From NCBI GenBank assembly GCA_900545125.1, contig UQXS01000001.1, forward strand, positions 1-40,082: a stretch of DNA of 40,082 nt, written 5' to 3'. A program made the translations under genes and the position numbers. Source of the DNA: an uncultured Ruminococcus sp. Its GTDB lineage: Bacteria > Bacillota > Clostridia > Oscillospirales > Ruminococcaceae. Numbering within the stretch: position 1 is the first letter of the stretch; every line of letters begins with the position of its first letter. Positions 9,740-18,995 of this stretch are shown here, piece after piece. Under the pieces are notes generated by a model. It was not told the DNA's origin and did no database searches. It saw only the letters and a list, made by a program, of their open reading frames with translations.

Positions 9740-10942
9740 ATGCTGACTCTTGATAAAATCTACAGTGCAAAATATGTTTTAAGGCAGGTAATCAGGGAAA
9801 CGGATATAATCCGTGCCCCCAAGATAAACCCCGAGGCTGATATTTACCTTAAAACAGAGAATTTGCAGATAACCGGCTCGTTCAAAGTCAGAGGCGCTTA
9901 TTACCGTATGTCGCAGCTCTCCGACGAAGAAAAGGCAAAGGGCGTTATCGCCTGTTCAGCCGGAAATCATGCCCAGGGCGTTGCCCTTGCCGCTGCAAGA
10001 AACGGTATCAAATCAATTATCTGTCTGCCTGACGGTGCTCCCATTTCCAAGGTGGAAGCTACAAAAAGCTACGGAGCTGAGGTCTGTCTGGTGAAAGGCG
10101 TATACGACGACGCCTACGCTGAGGCTCTCAGGCAGCGTGACGAATACGGATATACCTTTATCCACCCCTTTGACGACGAGGACGTTATAGCAGGACAGGG
10201 TACGATAGGTCTTGAACTTCTGGATCAGATACCTGATATGGATGCCGTTATCGTTCCTATCGGCGGCGGCGGACTTATCTCCGGCATTGCCTTTGCCATA
10301 AAAAAGCTGAATCCGTCCATTAAGGTATACGGCGTTCAGGCTGCCGGTGCTCCGAGTATGTACAATTCTGTTCACGACCACAAGATAGAACGTCTTGACA
10401 GCGTTTCAACCATTGCCGACGGCATTGCAGTTAAAGAACCGGGAGAGAATACCTATAATATTATCTCCGATTACGTGGACGACATTGTAACCGTCACCGA
10501 TGATGAGATCTCTGCTGCTATCCTCGCTCTTATGGAACAGCAGAAGCTCGTTACCGAGGGGGCAGGAGCAGTTCCGGTCGCTGCCGCTATGTTCAACAAA
10601 GTGCCGATAAAGGGCAAAAAGACGGTTTGCCTCCTTTCCGGCGGAAACATTGACGTTACTATCCTTTCAAGAGTTATCAAGAGGGGACTGCTCATGTCGG
10701 GAAGATCATGCTCTATGAACATCGAACTTATCGACAAGCCCGGTCAGCTTATGGACGTTTCCAGAATTATCGCCGAACTGGGCGGAAACGTTACTTCCAT
10801 TCACCACGAACGTGCAAACGAGGGTTCGGCTGTCAACGGCTGCTACCTGCGAATCGTCCTTGAAACCAGAAACTACGACCACATTGAGCAGATCAGAAAT
10901 GCGCTCACAGATGCCGGTTTCAAGATACTGAACATTAACTGA
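9740..10942 (+). CDS. ilvA: threonine ammonia-lyase with C-terminal ACT domain
   Basis: ENLQITGSFKVRGA (PLP Lys), SAGNHAQG, IGGGGLISG, SGGNID; ACT motif DKPGQL. Confidence 0.95.
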   Translation: MLTLDKIYSAKYVLRQVIRETDIIRAPKINPEADIYLKTENLQITGSFKVRGAYYRMSQLSDEEKAKGVIACSAGNHAQGVALAAARNGIKSIICLPDGAPISKVEATKSYGAEVCLVKGVYDDAYAEALRQRDEYGYTFIHPFDDEDVIAGQGTIGLELLDQIPDMDAVIVPIGGGGLISGIAFAIKKLNPSIKVYGVQAAGAPSMYNSVHDHKIERLDSVSTIADGIAVKEPGENTYNIISDYVDDIVTVTDDEISAAILALMEQQKLVTEGAGAVPVAAAMFNKVPIKGKKTVCLLSGGNIDVTILSRVIKRGLLMSGRSCSMNIELIDKPGQLMDVSRIIAELGGNVTSIHHERANEGSAVNGCYLRIVLETRNYDHIEQIRNALTDAGFKILNIN

Positions 10943-10970
10943 ATATCCCGTTTTGTAAAGGAGAATAATT

Positions 10971-11348
10971 ATGATAAAAATTCACACAGAAAAAGCTCCT
11001 GCGGCAGTAGGCCCTTATTCGCAGGCAATCGTATCAAACGGAATGGTATATACCAGCGGTCAGATAGCTATAAATCCGGCAACAAACACCGTTGAAGCCG
11101 ATACGATACAGGCTCAGACAGAACAGGTAATGCGTAATCTCGGAGAAGTATTGAGAACCGCCGGATCATCCTTTGAAAAGGCTGTCAAGACTACCTGCTT
11201 CCTCGCAGATATGAACGACTTCGCCGCTTTTAATGAAGTCTACGGCAGATATTTCACATCGCTCCCGGCAAGAAGCTGCGTAGCGGTTAAAACTCTCCCC
11301 AAGAACGTTCTTGTGGAGGTTGAAGTAATCGCAGAAAGCAGTCTTTAA
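10971..11348 (+). CDS. ridA: RidA-family reactive imine deaminase
   Basis: APAAVGPYSQA, SGQI, FNEVY, PARSCVAV and VEVE motifs; adjacent to ilvA. Confidence 0.93.
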   Translation: MIKIHTEKAPAAVGPYSQAIVSNGMVYTSGQIAINPATNTVEADTIQAQTEQVMRNLGEVLRTAGSSFEKAVKTTCFLADMNDFAAFNEVYGRYFTSLPARSCVAVKTLPKNVLVEVEVIAESSL

Positions 11349-11372
11349 GAATCCCCCAAAAGGAAAAACATC

Positions 11373-11533
11373 AGACCTCACCGGAAATTAAAACGTGCTG
11401 AATGACGCAGTATTTTTTGCGCATAGCTTTGTCAGATTTCCGCAGGAATACTGTATGTATTGCAAGGAAAGCTGACAAAGCTATGTACAAAAAAGACAAA
11501 TCAGACAGTATGCTTTAGTTTCCGGGGAGGTCT
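11373..11533. repeat. 161-bp imperfect palindromic element (REP/MITE-like)
   Basis: Terminal IR AGACCTCACCGGAAA / TTTCCGGGGAGGTCT (14/15). Inner perfect 14-bp IR at 11422-11435 / 11472-11485. Confidence 0.75.
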
Positions 11534-11555
11534 ATTATAAAAAAGAGGTGTAATT

Positions 11556-12488
11556 ATGAATGTCCGTGAAATGCAGAATGAGATAATCAGACTGAAAAAA
11601 GAAACAGGAACAGCTGTACTCGCCCACAGCTATCAGGCAAGAGAAATTACCGAGATTGCCGATTATACCGGCGACAGCTACAAATTAAGCGTGGATGCAA
11701 AGGGGATAGACAATGAAAATATCCTTTTCTGCGGAGTCCGATTTATGGCTGAAACGGCTAAGATACTTTCTCCGCAGAAACACGTATATCTTGCCTATCC
11801 AAAGGCAGGATGCCCCATGGCTGAACAAATGGACAAGGAGCTTATCGAGTCGGTCAAAGCAGGCGATCCTGACAGAACGGTTGTTGCCTACATCAATACG
11901 ACGGCGGCTCTCAAAACGGTCTGCGATGTGTGCGTAACTTCGTCCAGCGCTCTGAAGATCGTAAAAGCTATCGACAATGACAGAATTCTTTTTATCCCCG
12001 ACTGCAATCTCGGAGATTTCGTAAAGAGAAACTGTCCCGAAAAGGACGTAAAACTGCTTAACGGCGGATGCCCGACCCATGCCGCTGTTACGGCAAAGGA
12101 TGTCATGGCAGCAAAGGCAGAACATCCCGATGCTCTTTTTCTGGTTCACCCCGAATGCAGACCGCAGGTGGTTGAACTTGCCGATTATGTCGGTTCTACC
12201 TCCGGTATCATCGACTTTGCAAAGAAGTCGGACGCAAAGGAATTTATTATCGGCACTGAGACTTCGATTGCCGAGCATCTGCAATACGACTGCCCCGACA
12301 AAAAGTTTTTCCCTGTCACAAAGGACATTGTCTGTCACAATATGAAGATCACTACGCTGCCTGACGTTTACAGAACTCTCATGAACATTTCACGGGGAGA
12401 CTGCTCCGACCGTGAAATCGTTATGGACGAAGAAACCATATCGTCCGCAGTAAAATGCATTGACGAAATGATTCGACTGGGCGGCTGA
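11556..12488 (+). CDS. nadA: quinolinate synthase
   Basis: LAHSYQ, GDSYKLS, FCGVRFMAET, AGCPMA, YINT, GCPTH, HPEC and CHNMK (three Fe-S Cys). Confidence 0.96.
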   Translation: MNVREMQNEIIRLKKETGTAVLAHSYQAREITEIADYTGDSYKLSVDAKGIDNENILFCGVRFMAETAKILSPQKHVYLAYPKAGCPMAEQMDKELIESVKAGDPDRTVVAYINTTAALKTVCDVCVTSSSALKIVKAIDNDRILFIPDCNLGDFVKRNCPEKDVKLLNGGCPTHAAVTAKDVMAAKAEHPDALFLVHPECRPQVVELADYVGSTSGIIDFAKKSDAKEFIIGTETSIAEHLQYDCPDKKFFPVTKDIVCHNMKITTLPDVYRTLMNISRGDCSDREIVMDEETISSAVKCIDEMIRLGG

Positions 12489-12490
12489 AC

Positions 12491-13588
12491 ATGACGGAAC
12501 TTGTCGAAAAGCTGTTCCGGAACGGCGATCTGTCCGATGACGAACTTCTGCTGCTTATAAACACAAATGACGTACAGGCATCCGGATTGCTGAAAAAATA
12601 TGCCGATGAAGTTCGGCAGCGTGTTTACGGCAAAAAGGTTTTCCTGCGAGGACTTATTGAAATATCGAGTTTCTGCAAAAACGACTGTCTTTACTGCGGC
12701 ATCAGACGAAGCAACAGTGAAGCACAGCGGTATCGTCTCGATTTTGAATCTATCATGAAGTGCGCCGCAGCCGGATATGAACTGGGATTCCGCACTTTCG
12801 TGCTCCAGGGCGGTGAGGACAGCGCTTTTACTGACGATCTCATGTGCCGTATAATATCCGGACTGCGTGAAAAATATCCCGACTGCGCCGTAACGCTGTC
12901 CCTTGGCGAACGCTCATACGAAAGCTACAAACGCATGAGGAATGCCGGTGCAGACCGATATCTTCTCCGGCACGAAACGGCTTCTCCGGAGCTTTACTCC
13001 AGACTTCATCCGGCGGAAATGAGCTTTGAAAACCGCAGAAGATGTCTGTACGCTCTACGTGAACTCGGCTATCAGGTCGGTGCCGGATTCATGGTCGGAG
13101 CACCGTTCCAGACCACCGCTGACCTTGTTGCCGATCTCCGCTTTATGCAGGAACTCCATCCCCACATGATCGGCATAGGGCCGTTTATAGCACATCACAG
13201 AACGCCCTTTGCGGATATGCCGTGCGGCACGCTTGAACTTACACTGCGGCTTCTGGGCATCATAAGGCTCATGTTTCCGGATGTCCTGCTGCCTGCTACA
13301 ACGGCTCTGGGAACTATTTCTCCCGACGGCAGGGAACTCGGTCTTAAAACAGGCTGCAACGTGGTCATGCCGAATCTTTCCCCTGCCGACGTGCGTAAAA
13401 AATACGATTTATATGACAACAAACTCTCTTCCGGCTCTGAAGCCGCAGAATGCTGCCGGCAGCTGGAACGCAGCATAGAAAACGCCGGCTACAAAGCAGT
13501 CCATGAACGTGGAGACCATATATCGCTGTCTCACACGCAAAATAATTTTCAAGGAGCAAATAATGAAAGTACGTTTTCACCTTCCTGA
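12491..13588 (+). CDS. hydE: [FeFe]-hydrogenase maturase HydE-type radical SAM protein
   Basis: CKNDCLYC (CxxxCxxC), LLRHET, MIGIGPFI, LLPATTAL, NVVMPNLSP and C-terminal YDLYDNK. Confidence 0.88.
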   Translation: MTELVEKLFRNGDLSDDELLLLINTNDVQASGLLKKYADEVRQRVYGKKVFLRGLIEISSFCKNDCLYCGIRRSNSEAQRYRLDFESIMKCAAAGYELGFRTFVLQGGEDSAFTDDLMCRIISGLREKYPDCAVTLSLGERSYESYKRMRNAGADRYLLRHETASPELYSRLHPAEMSFENRRRCLYALRELGYQVGAGFMVGAPFQTTADLVADLRFMQELHPHMIGIGPFIAHHRTPFADMPCGTLELTLRLLGIIRLMFPDVLLPATTALGTISPDGRELGLKTGCNVVMPNLSPADVRKKYDLYDNKLSSGSEAAECCRQLERSIENAGYKAVHERGDHISLSHTQNNFQGANNESTFSPS

Positions 13589-14501
13589 TTTTTCGGGAAA
13601 CTTCAAGCTGAATTTTATGTTCGCCGAAATGCTGGCGCATCGTCCCGAATTTTTCCGTGAGGGCGTTGAAATAGCTTCATTCTACGGCGTTTTTCCGCCC
13701 TCCGTCTGGAACGGCGGCAGAACTCAGGGCGGCGTTGCGGACAAGAACTTTATCAAAAATGTCATAAAGGTATTCAATGACAGGGGAATTCCGCTGCGCT
13801 TTACATTTACAAATCCTGCGCTGGAGAAAAAACATCTCAGCGATCAGTTCTGCAATATGGTTATGAAGCTTGCCGACAACGGCATGAACGAAGCTATTGT
13901 CATGTCTCCCCTTCTGGAGGACTACATCCGCCGCAACTATCCCGGCTATAAGCTTACAAGCTCTACCTGCAAGAGAATCACCGACCCTGCGGCACTGGAA
14001 GAAGAACTTGGAAAGGACTACAGCATCGTGGTTATCGACTACGACTTCAACAACAACTTTGAGGTTCTGGAAAAGCTGCCCCGCAAAGCCGATTGCGAAC
14101 TTCTTGTAAACGCCTGCTGTGAACCCGGATGTCCCAGAAGATCGGAACATTACCACTGTATCGGCGTTCAGCAGATCGCCTACAACGAGCATATCAAGAA
14201 ATATCCCAATCTTCCTTTCGATGCTTCAAAATATGATCCCCAGCATTTCAGGGACTGCCCCTACTCACAAAGAGGCATATTTGAGATCCGCAAACTGAAA
14301 ACCCATATCTCACCCGATGATATATGGGAAAAATATGTGCCTATGGGATTTGAACAGTTCAAAATCGAGGGCAGAACGGCAAGTCCGATAAACGTCCTCG
14401 AAACTTATATGTACTACATGGCAAAGCCGGAATGCCGTGACGAAGCCCGCTTTACACTTCTGAAAAGTCTCGAAAACTCACGTGCACTGATATTTAACTA
14501 A
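13563..14501 (+). CDS. hypothetical protein, distant peptidase-U32-like (putative Fe-S TIM barrel)
   Basis: AAGGAG RBS at 13551-13556. ELLVNACCEPGC...CP Cys cluster and C-terminal FKIEGR, recalling the U32 KIEGR motif. Family call is recognition only. Confidence 0.7.
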   Translation: MKVRFHLPDFSGNFKLNFMFAEMLAHRPEFFREGVEIASFYGVFPPSVWNGGRTQGGVADKNFIKNVIKVFNDRGIPLRFTFTNPALEKKHLSDQFCNMVMKLADNGMNEAIVMSPLLEDYIRRNYPGYKLTSSTCKRITDPAALEEELGKDYSIVVIDYDFNNNFEVLEKLPRKADCELLVNACCEPGCPRRSEHYHCIGVQQIAYNEHIKKYPNLPFDASKYDPQHFRDCPYSQRGIFEIRKLKTHISPDDIWEKYVPMGFEQFKIEGRTASPINVLETYMYYMAKPECRDEARFTLLKSLENSRALIFN

Positions 14502-14512
14502 GGAGAAAACTC

Positions 14513-15451
14513 ATGAAAGTAAAATTTCACCTGCCGGATTTTGCCGGTCACTTTAAACTAAATCTGATATTCGCCGCAATGGTACACGATTGCCCGTACT
14601 GGATGCGTGAGGGCGTTGAAATTGCTTCCGTTTACGGAGCTTTTCCGCAGTCCCTCTGGAACGGCGGACGCACAAACAGCGGAGTCTGTGACCGATCTTT
14701 CGTCCGCAGTGTGCTTAAATCCTTTAATAACAAGGGGATTCCGCTACGATTCACATTTACCAACCCCATGCTTGAGGAAAAGCATTTAAGCGATCCTTTC
14801 TGCAATTCGGTTCTGAAAATGGCTAATAACGGTCTTAACGAGGTTATTATAAATTCCCCTCTACTTGAGGAATACATCCGCAAAAACTATCCAAAATACA
14901 AACTTACCAGTTCTACCTGCAAGCGTATCACGGATCTTGAAAAGCTGAAAGAAGAACTTGAAAAGGACTACAGCATCGTTGTTCTCGACTATGATTTCAA
15001 CAATAAATTTGATCTTCTGGAATAGATACCGCATAAAGAGAAATGCGAGATCCTGGTTAACGCCTGCTGCGAACCGGGATGCAAAAGACGCACCGAACAT
15101 TACAGGAATCTTGGAATACAGCAGATAATGTACTGCGATCATATCAGCAAGCATCCCGGAAAGCCGTTCAACGTCAAGGATTATCCCGATATGCCGGAAA
15201 CTGACTGTCCCTTTGCCAACAGAGATATTTTCGATATAAAAGGTCTGAGCACGCATATCTCCCCCGACGATATATGGGAAAAATACGTTCCTATGGGATT
15301 CAATCAGTTCAAGATAGAGGGCAGAACTTCCACAAATCTTAATCTCATTGAAACCTACCTGTATTACATGGTAAAACCGGAATGCCGGGACGAAGCAAGA
15401 TTTATGCTGTTTTATAATCTCGAAGATTACGGTGTGGTCAAAATAGGATAA
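14513..15451 (+). pseudogene. paralogue of the preceding U32-like gene, interrupted by one in-frame TAG (15023-15025)
   Basis: Same frame continues after TAG: DLLE*IPHKEKCEILVNACCEPGC, aligning with EVLEKLPRKADCELLVNACCEPGC. TAG replaces an AAG Lys codon; ends ...FKIEGR...VVKIG*. Confidence 0.85.
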
Positions 15452-15461
15452 CCATAAAAAC

Positions 15462-15490
15462 AAAGGCGAACCGTTCTAAGGTTCGCCTTT
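15462..15490 (+). terminator. intrinsic terminator hairpin, left copy
   Basis: AAAGGCGAACC-7nt-GGTTCGCCTTT immediately downstream of the U32-like genes. Confidence 0.65.
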
Positions 15491-15766
15491 CAGCTTGTAA
15501 AAAAACTATGACAACGCCGTGCAAAGTCGTCAGGCGTGCTTTGTGCGGTGTTACCCTAAGGGAACGCCCTCTCTTACAGGGCGTTCCCTCTTCAAAAACA
15601 GTCCACCGGACTGTTTTTGAATTCACCCTTTGCGGAGCGCCCGAAGGCTAAAGCAGGGCTTTGCCCCGCACCCCACCAGAGGCGCTGCCTCTGGACTCCG
15701 CCAAAGGGGGAGTACCCCCTTTGGAATCCCAATATTAAGCAAGATTCTCTTTTTGGGCATATAAAT
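15491..15766. mobile_element. non-coding multi-hairpin insertion flanked by a 27-bp direct repeat
   Basis: Perfect stems at 15559-15589, 15591-15621, 15676-15694 and 15701-15724. Flanks 15464-15490 and 15767-15793 are 26/27 identical. Confidence 0.6.
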
Positions 15767-15793
15767 AGGCGAACCGTTCTAAAGTTCGCCTTT
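15767..15793. terminator. terminator hairpin, right copy (between convergent genes)
   Basis: AGGCGAAC...GTTCGCCT followed by TTGTTTTT; abuts the kinase stop codon. Confidence 0.6.
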
Positions 15794-15797
15794 GTTT

Positions 15798-16718
15798 TTA
15801 ATATTTGAATTTTCCGTTGCCGATAAATTCACGGACAAGTGAATCTCCCGGAACAAAACTTTCGTCAAGAGTATGCAGATCTTCCAGCACGTCAAGTATC
15901 TCACTTATTTCCGGAAAATCCCCCAGCTCTTTCAGTCCGTCTGCCAGAAACGCTTTATAAACCGACGGTTCATAAGCCATAAAGGTATCAACATCATAGT
16001 CCGAACGGTACTTAAAAGGCATAATATAATTATTTTCGCCCTCCTCAACGCTGTGGAACATATTCATTGTTTCACGGAATGTGCGCTTCCGGAACTTGCC
16101 GTCACGTATCATTCTGCGCATAAGCCTTACTCTGGAGGGATGCAGCACTGTTCCGCCGTTGGTTATTCTCGTTCTTACGCTGACGTATATCTTGCAGATA
16201 TGACTGTCCGGAACGGTTATAACGTCCGGATTCAAAGCATGAATTCCCTCAAATATAACGAGTTCCCCCGGTTTTCTGAGAAATCTTCTTCCGGCGTCCT
16301 CTCTTACGGAACTTTTAAAGTTGTACTGCGGTATTTCCACCTCTTCGCAGGAGCTTATGGCTTCTATCTGTCTGCTGAGAAGTTCCGCATCAATGCGTGC
16401 AGGGGATTCGAGATCCATTTTTCCATTGGCAGCCAGTTCCTTTTCATCAGCCGACAGCGAACGGAAATAATTGTCCATTGAAATGGTATGCGTAACGATA
16501 CCGGATTCCCCAAGAATACTGCTTATCATCATGGCAGACGTAGTCTTTCCCGACCCGGAAGGGCCTGAAAGCAGGATAACAGGTTTTTCAATGCGGCTTT
16601 CGGCAATATCTGCGGCGATTCCACGCAGCTTATAAAGATAGTCCTCGTTCACCGACTTTACATACTCGGCAGGATACTCTGTTACTCCCTGATTTATTCT
16701 GGTCACTTCTATGTTCAT
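15798..16718 (-). CDS. nucleoside/uridine kinase-like P-loop protein
   Basis: LSGPSGSGKTT, ISMDNYF, DLESP, IFEGIHALN and RLMRRMIRD. Confidence 0.88.
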   Translation of the reverse strand: MNIEVTRINQGVTEYPAEYVKSVNEDYLYKLRGIAADIAESRIEKPVILLSGPSGSGKTTSAMMISSILGESGIVTHTISMDNYFRSLSADEKELAANGKMDLESPARIDAELLSRQIEAISSCEEVEIPQYNFKSSVREDAGRRFLRKPGELVIFEGIHALNPDVITVPDSHICKIYVSVRTRITNGGTVLHPSRVRLMRRMIRDGKFRKRTFRETMNMFHSVEEGENNYIMPFKYRSDYDVDTFMAYEPSVYKAFLADGLKELGDFPEISEILDVLEDLHTLDESFVPGDSLVREFIGNGKFKY

Positions 16719-16724
16719 ATTCTG

Positions 16725-18671
16725 TTATCTGACTTTCTTTGCGATATCGTCGATAAGCTTTGCAAGCAGATCGTTCTGCGTCATTGAGCCAAGATCGCCT
16801 TCACGTCTCGAACGAACGGAAACCGTTCCCTCTTCTGCCTCCTTATCTCCGACAGTCAGCATGATCGGGAGTTTTTCAACCGTTGCGCTGCGTATCTTCC
16901 AGCCAACCTTTTCGGCTCTGTCGTCGATGGAAGCTCTGATGCCGGCAGCTTCAAGCTTTTCAAGCACCTGACGGCTGTAGTCAAGATGACGGTCTGCAAC
17001 AGGGATGATACGTACCTGTTCGGGAGCGATCCACAGCGGCATAGCTCCTGCATACTTTTCGATCATATATGCAAGCGTTCTCTCGTAGCATCCCAGCGAT
17101 GTACGGTGAATGATGTACGGACGCTTCTTAGTTCCGTCAACGTCTATATATTCCATACCGAATTTTTCAGCAAGGAGCATATCAATCTGAATCGTAACAA
17201 GAGTATCTTCCTTGCCGTAAACGTTTTTGTACTGGATATCAAGCTTTGGACCATAGAAAGCAGCCTCGTCAATGCCTATCGTATATTCAACACCGAGATG
17301 ATCGAGTATCTTAGCCATTACAGACTGTGCTTCCTCCCACTGTTCGGCAGTACCCTCGTACTTGTTCTTGGGGTTTGCCGGATCCCACTGGGAAAATCTG
17401 AAAGTACAGTCCTCAAGAAGTCCTACCGTACCGAGCATATACTTGGCAAGTTCGAGACAATCCCTGAATTCCTCTTCAAGCTGGTCAGGACGGAGCACAA
17501 GGTGTCCCTCGGATATCGTGAACTGTCTTACACGGATAAGTCCGTGCATTTCGCCGGAATCTTCCTTACGGAAAAGAGTTGATGTTTCACCGAGACGCAT
17601 TGGCAGATCACGGTACGAACGCTGTCTGTTAAGGAAAACCTGATACTGGAAAGGACAGGTCATCGGACGGAGCGCAAAACATTCCTTGGTCTCGTCATGA
17701 GGATCGCCGAGAATGAACATTCCGTCAAGATAGTGATCCCAGTGACCTGAAATTTTATAAAGCTCTCTCTTTGCAAGATAAGGTGTTTTTGTGAGGAGAT
17801 ATCCGTGCTTCTGTTCAACATCCTCAACCCAGCGCTGAAGTGTCTGGATAACTCTTGCGCCCTTGGGGAGAATTACAGGAAGTCCCTGACCGATGCAGTC
17901 AACAGTCGTAAAATATTCAAGCTCTCTGCCCAGTTTGTTGTGGTCACGGAGTTTAGCGTCCTCACGCTGTTTGATATCGGCTTCAAGCTCGGCTGCCTTG
18001 GGATAAGCCACGGCGTACACACGGGAAAGCATCTTATTCTTCTCGGAACCCCTCCAGTAAGCGCCAGTACATGAAAGAAGCTTGAAAGCCTTGACAGGAG
18101 CAGTCGTCATAAGATGAGGACCTGCGCAGAGATCGGTGAAATTGCCCTGCTTATAGAACGAGATCGGTTCGCCCTTGCCTGCGTGTTCCTCGCAAAGCTC
18201 GACTTTGTAGGGTTCGTCCATTTCTTTCAGCATTGCAATGGCTTCTTCCGGAGAAAGCTCGAACTGTTCAAGAGGCAGTCCCTCCTTGACGATCTTCTTC
18301 ATTTCAGCTTCGATGTTGTTGAGTTCCTCCTGAGTAAAAGGCTTTTCGAGGTCGAAATCGTAATAGAAGCCGTTGTCGATAGCCGGACCGATTGCCAGCT
18401 TTGCCTGCGGATAAAGATGCTTTACTGCCTGTGCAAGGATATGTGAAGCCGTATGCCAGAAAGTCTTTTTGCCCTCGATAGTATCAAAAGTGCATACCTC
18501 AAACTGACAGTCGCTGTCGATGACTGTACGGAGATCCTTTACCTCGCCGTTGATCTTTACACAGCAGGCAGCCTTATAAAGACCCATTCCTATGCCTTTT
18601 ACGATCTCTGCGGCAGACTGTGCAGACTCGATCTCACGGATGCTGCCGTCTTTTAACGTTAATCTTATCAT
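16725..18671 (-). CDS. thrS: threonine--tRNA ligase
   Basis: TGS N-terminus, HTASH, DLCAGPH, RDHNKLG, RPMTCP, AAFYGPKLD and IHRTSLG; C-terminal anticodon-binding domain. Confidence 0.98.
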   Translation of the reverse strand: MIRLTLKDGSIREIESAQSAAEIVKGIGMGLYKAACCVKINGEVKDLRTVIDSDCQFEVCTFDTIEGKKTFWHTASHILAQAVKHLYPQAKLAIGPAIDNGFYYDFDLEKPFTQEELNNIEAEMKKIVKEGLPLEQFELSPEEAIAMLKEMDEPYKVELCEEHAGKGEPISFYKQGNFTDLCAGPHLMTTAPVKAFKLLSCTGAYWRGSEKNKMLSRVYAVAYPKAAELEADIKQREDAKLRDHNKLGRELEYFTTVDCIGQGLPVILPKGARVIQTLQRWVEDVEQKHGYLLTKTPYLAKRELYKISGHWDHYLDGMFILGDPHDETKECFALRPMTCPFQYQVFLNRQRSYRDLPMRLGETSTLFRKEDSGEMHGLIRVRQFTISEGHLVLRPDQLEEEFRDCLELAKYMLGTVGLLEDCTFRFSQWDPANPKNKYEGTAEQWEEAQSVMAKILDHLGVEYTIGIDEAAFYGPKLDIQYKNVYGKEDTLVTIQIDMLLAEKFGMEYIDVDGTKKRPYIIHRTSLGCYERTLAYMIEKYAGAMPLWIAPEQVRIIPVADRHLDYSRQVLEKLEAAGIRASIDDRAEKVGWKIRSATVEKLPIMLTVGDKEAEEGTVSVRSRREGDLGSMTQNDLLAKLIDDIAKKVR

Positions 18672-18699
18672 GATATCTTCTCCTTTTTAGAATTATAAA

Positions 18700-18925
18700 A
18701 CAAAAATCGCCCCTGAAGCCCATAAAAAGGCTAAGGGACGATAATAACCGTGATTCCACCCTGATTCACACAGAAAAATCTGTATCTCATTGGCTCTGTA
18801 ACGGGAGCAGCCGGCGTGTATTGGACGCACTCAGAGACGGTATGCATATTTCCTGCTTTGCAGCCTTGCACCGGACAGCTGCTCTCTGAAAAAGCACTTG
18901 AAACTGCCTTTCTCATCAACGATTT
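18700..18925 (-). promoter_or_regulatory. Thr T-box riboswitch leader
   Basis: Minus strand has CAGAGAG/GGTGCAA stem-I motifs, ACC (Thr) specifier at 18841-18839, T-box AATCAGGGTGGAATCACGG (18766-18748) and a terminator with U-tract. Confidence 0.9.
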
Positions 18926-18941
18926 TTCATATTACATTATG

Positions 18942-18970
18942 ATAATATCACACTTCAACAGATTTGTCAA
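18942..18970 (-). promoter_or_regulatory. sigma-A promoter for thrS
   Basis: TTGACA-17nt-TATTAT with TGn extension. Confidence 0.75.
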
Positions 18971-18995
18971 GTGCTTTTTACAAAAAATGTTCAGA

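Noticed and set aside
9740..11348. ilvA-ridA pairing as a novel system
   Set aside because: Well-established enamine/imine metabolite-repair linkage.
11349..11555. NAD riboswitch upstream of nadA
   Set aside because: A single long palindrome that does not resemble the compact NAD-I/II motifs as I recall them; a repeat element is more parsimonious. An Rfam scan would settle it.
12491..15025. PylB/pyrrolysine system (HydE-like radical SAM near an in-frame TAG)
   Set aside because: The protein carries HydE-type motifs (LLRHET, PATTAL, YxxYDNK), no pylS/C/D/T is in the window, and TAG terminates another gene here.
15438..15808. Short ORFs (62 and 63 aa) in the hairpin element
   Set aside because: No RBS or recognisable motif; by-products of the palindromic non-coding sequence.
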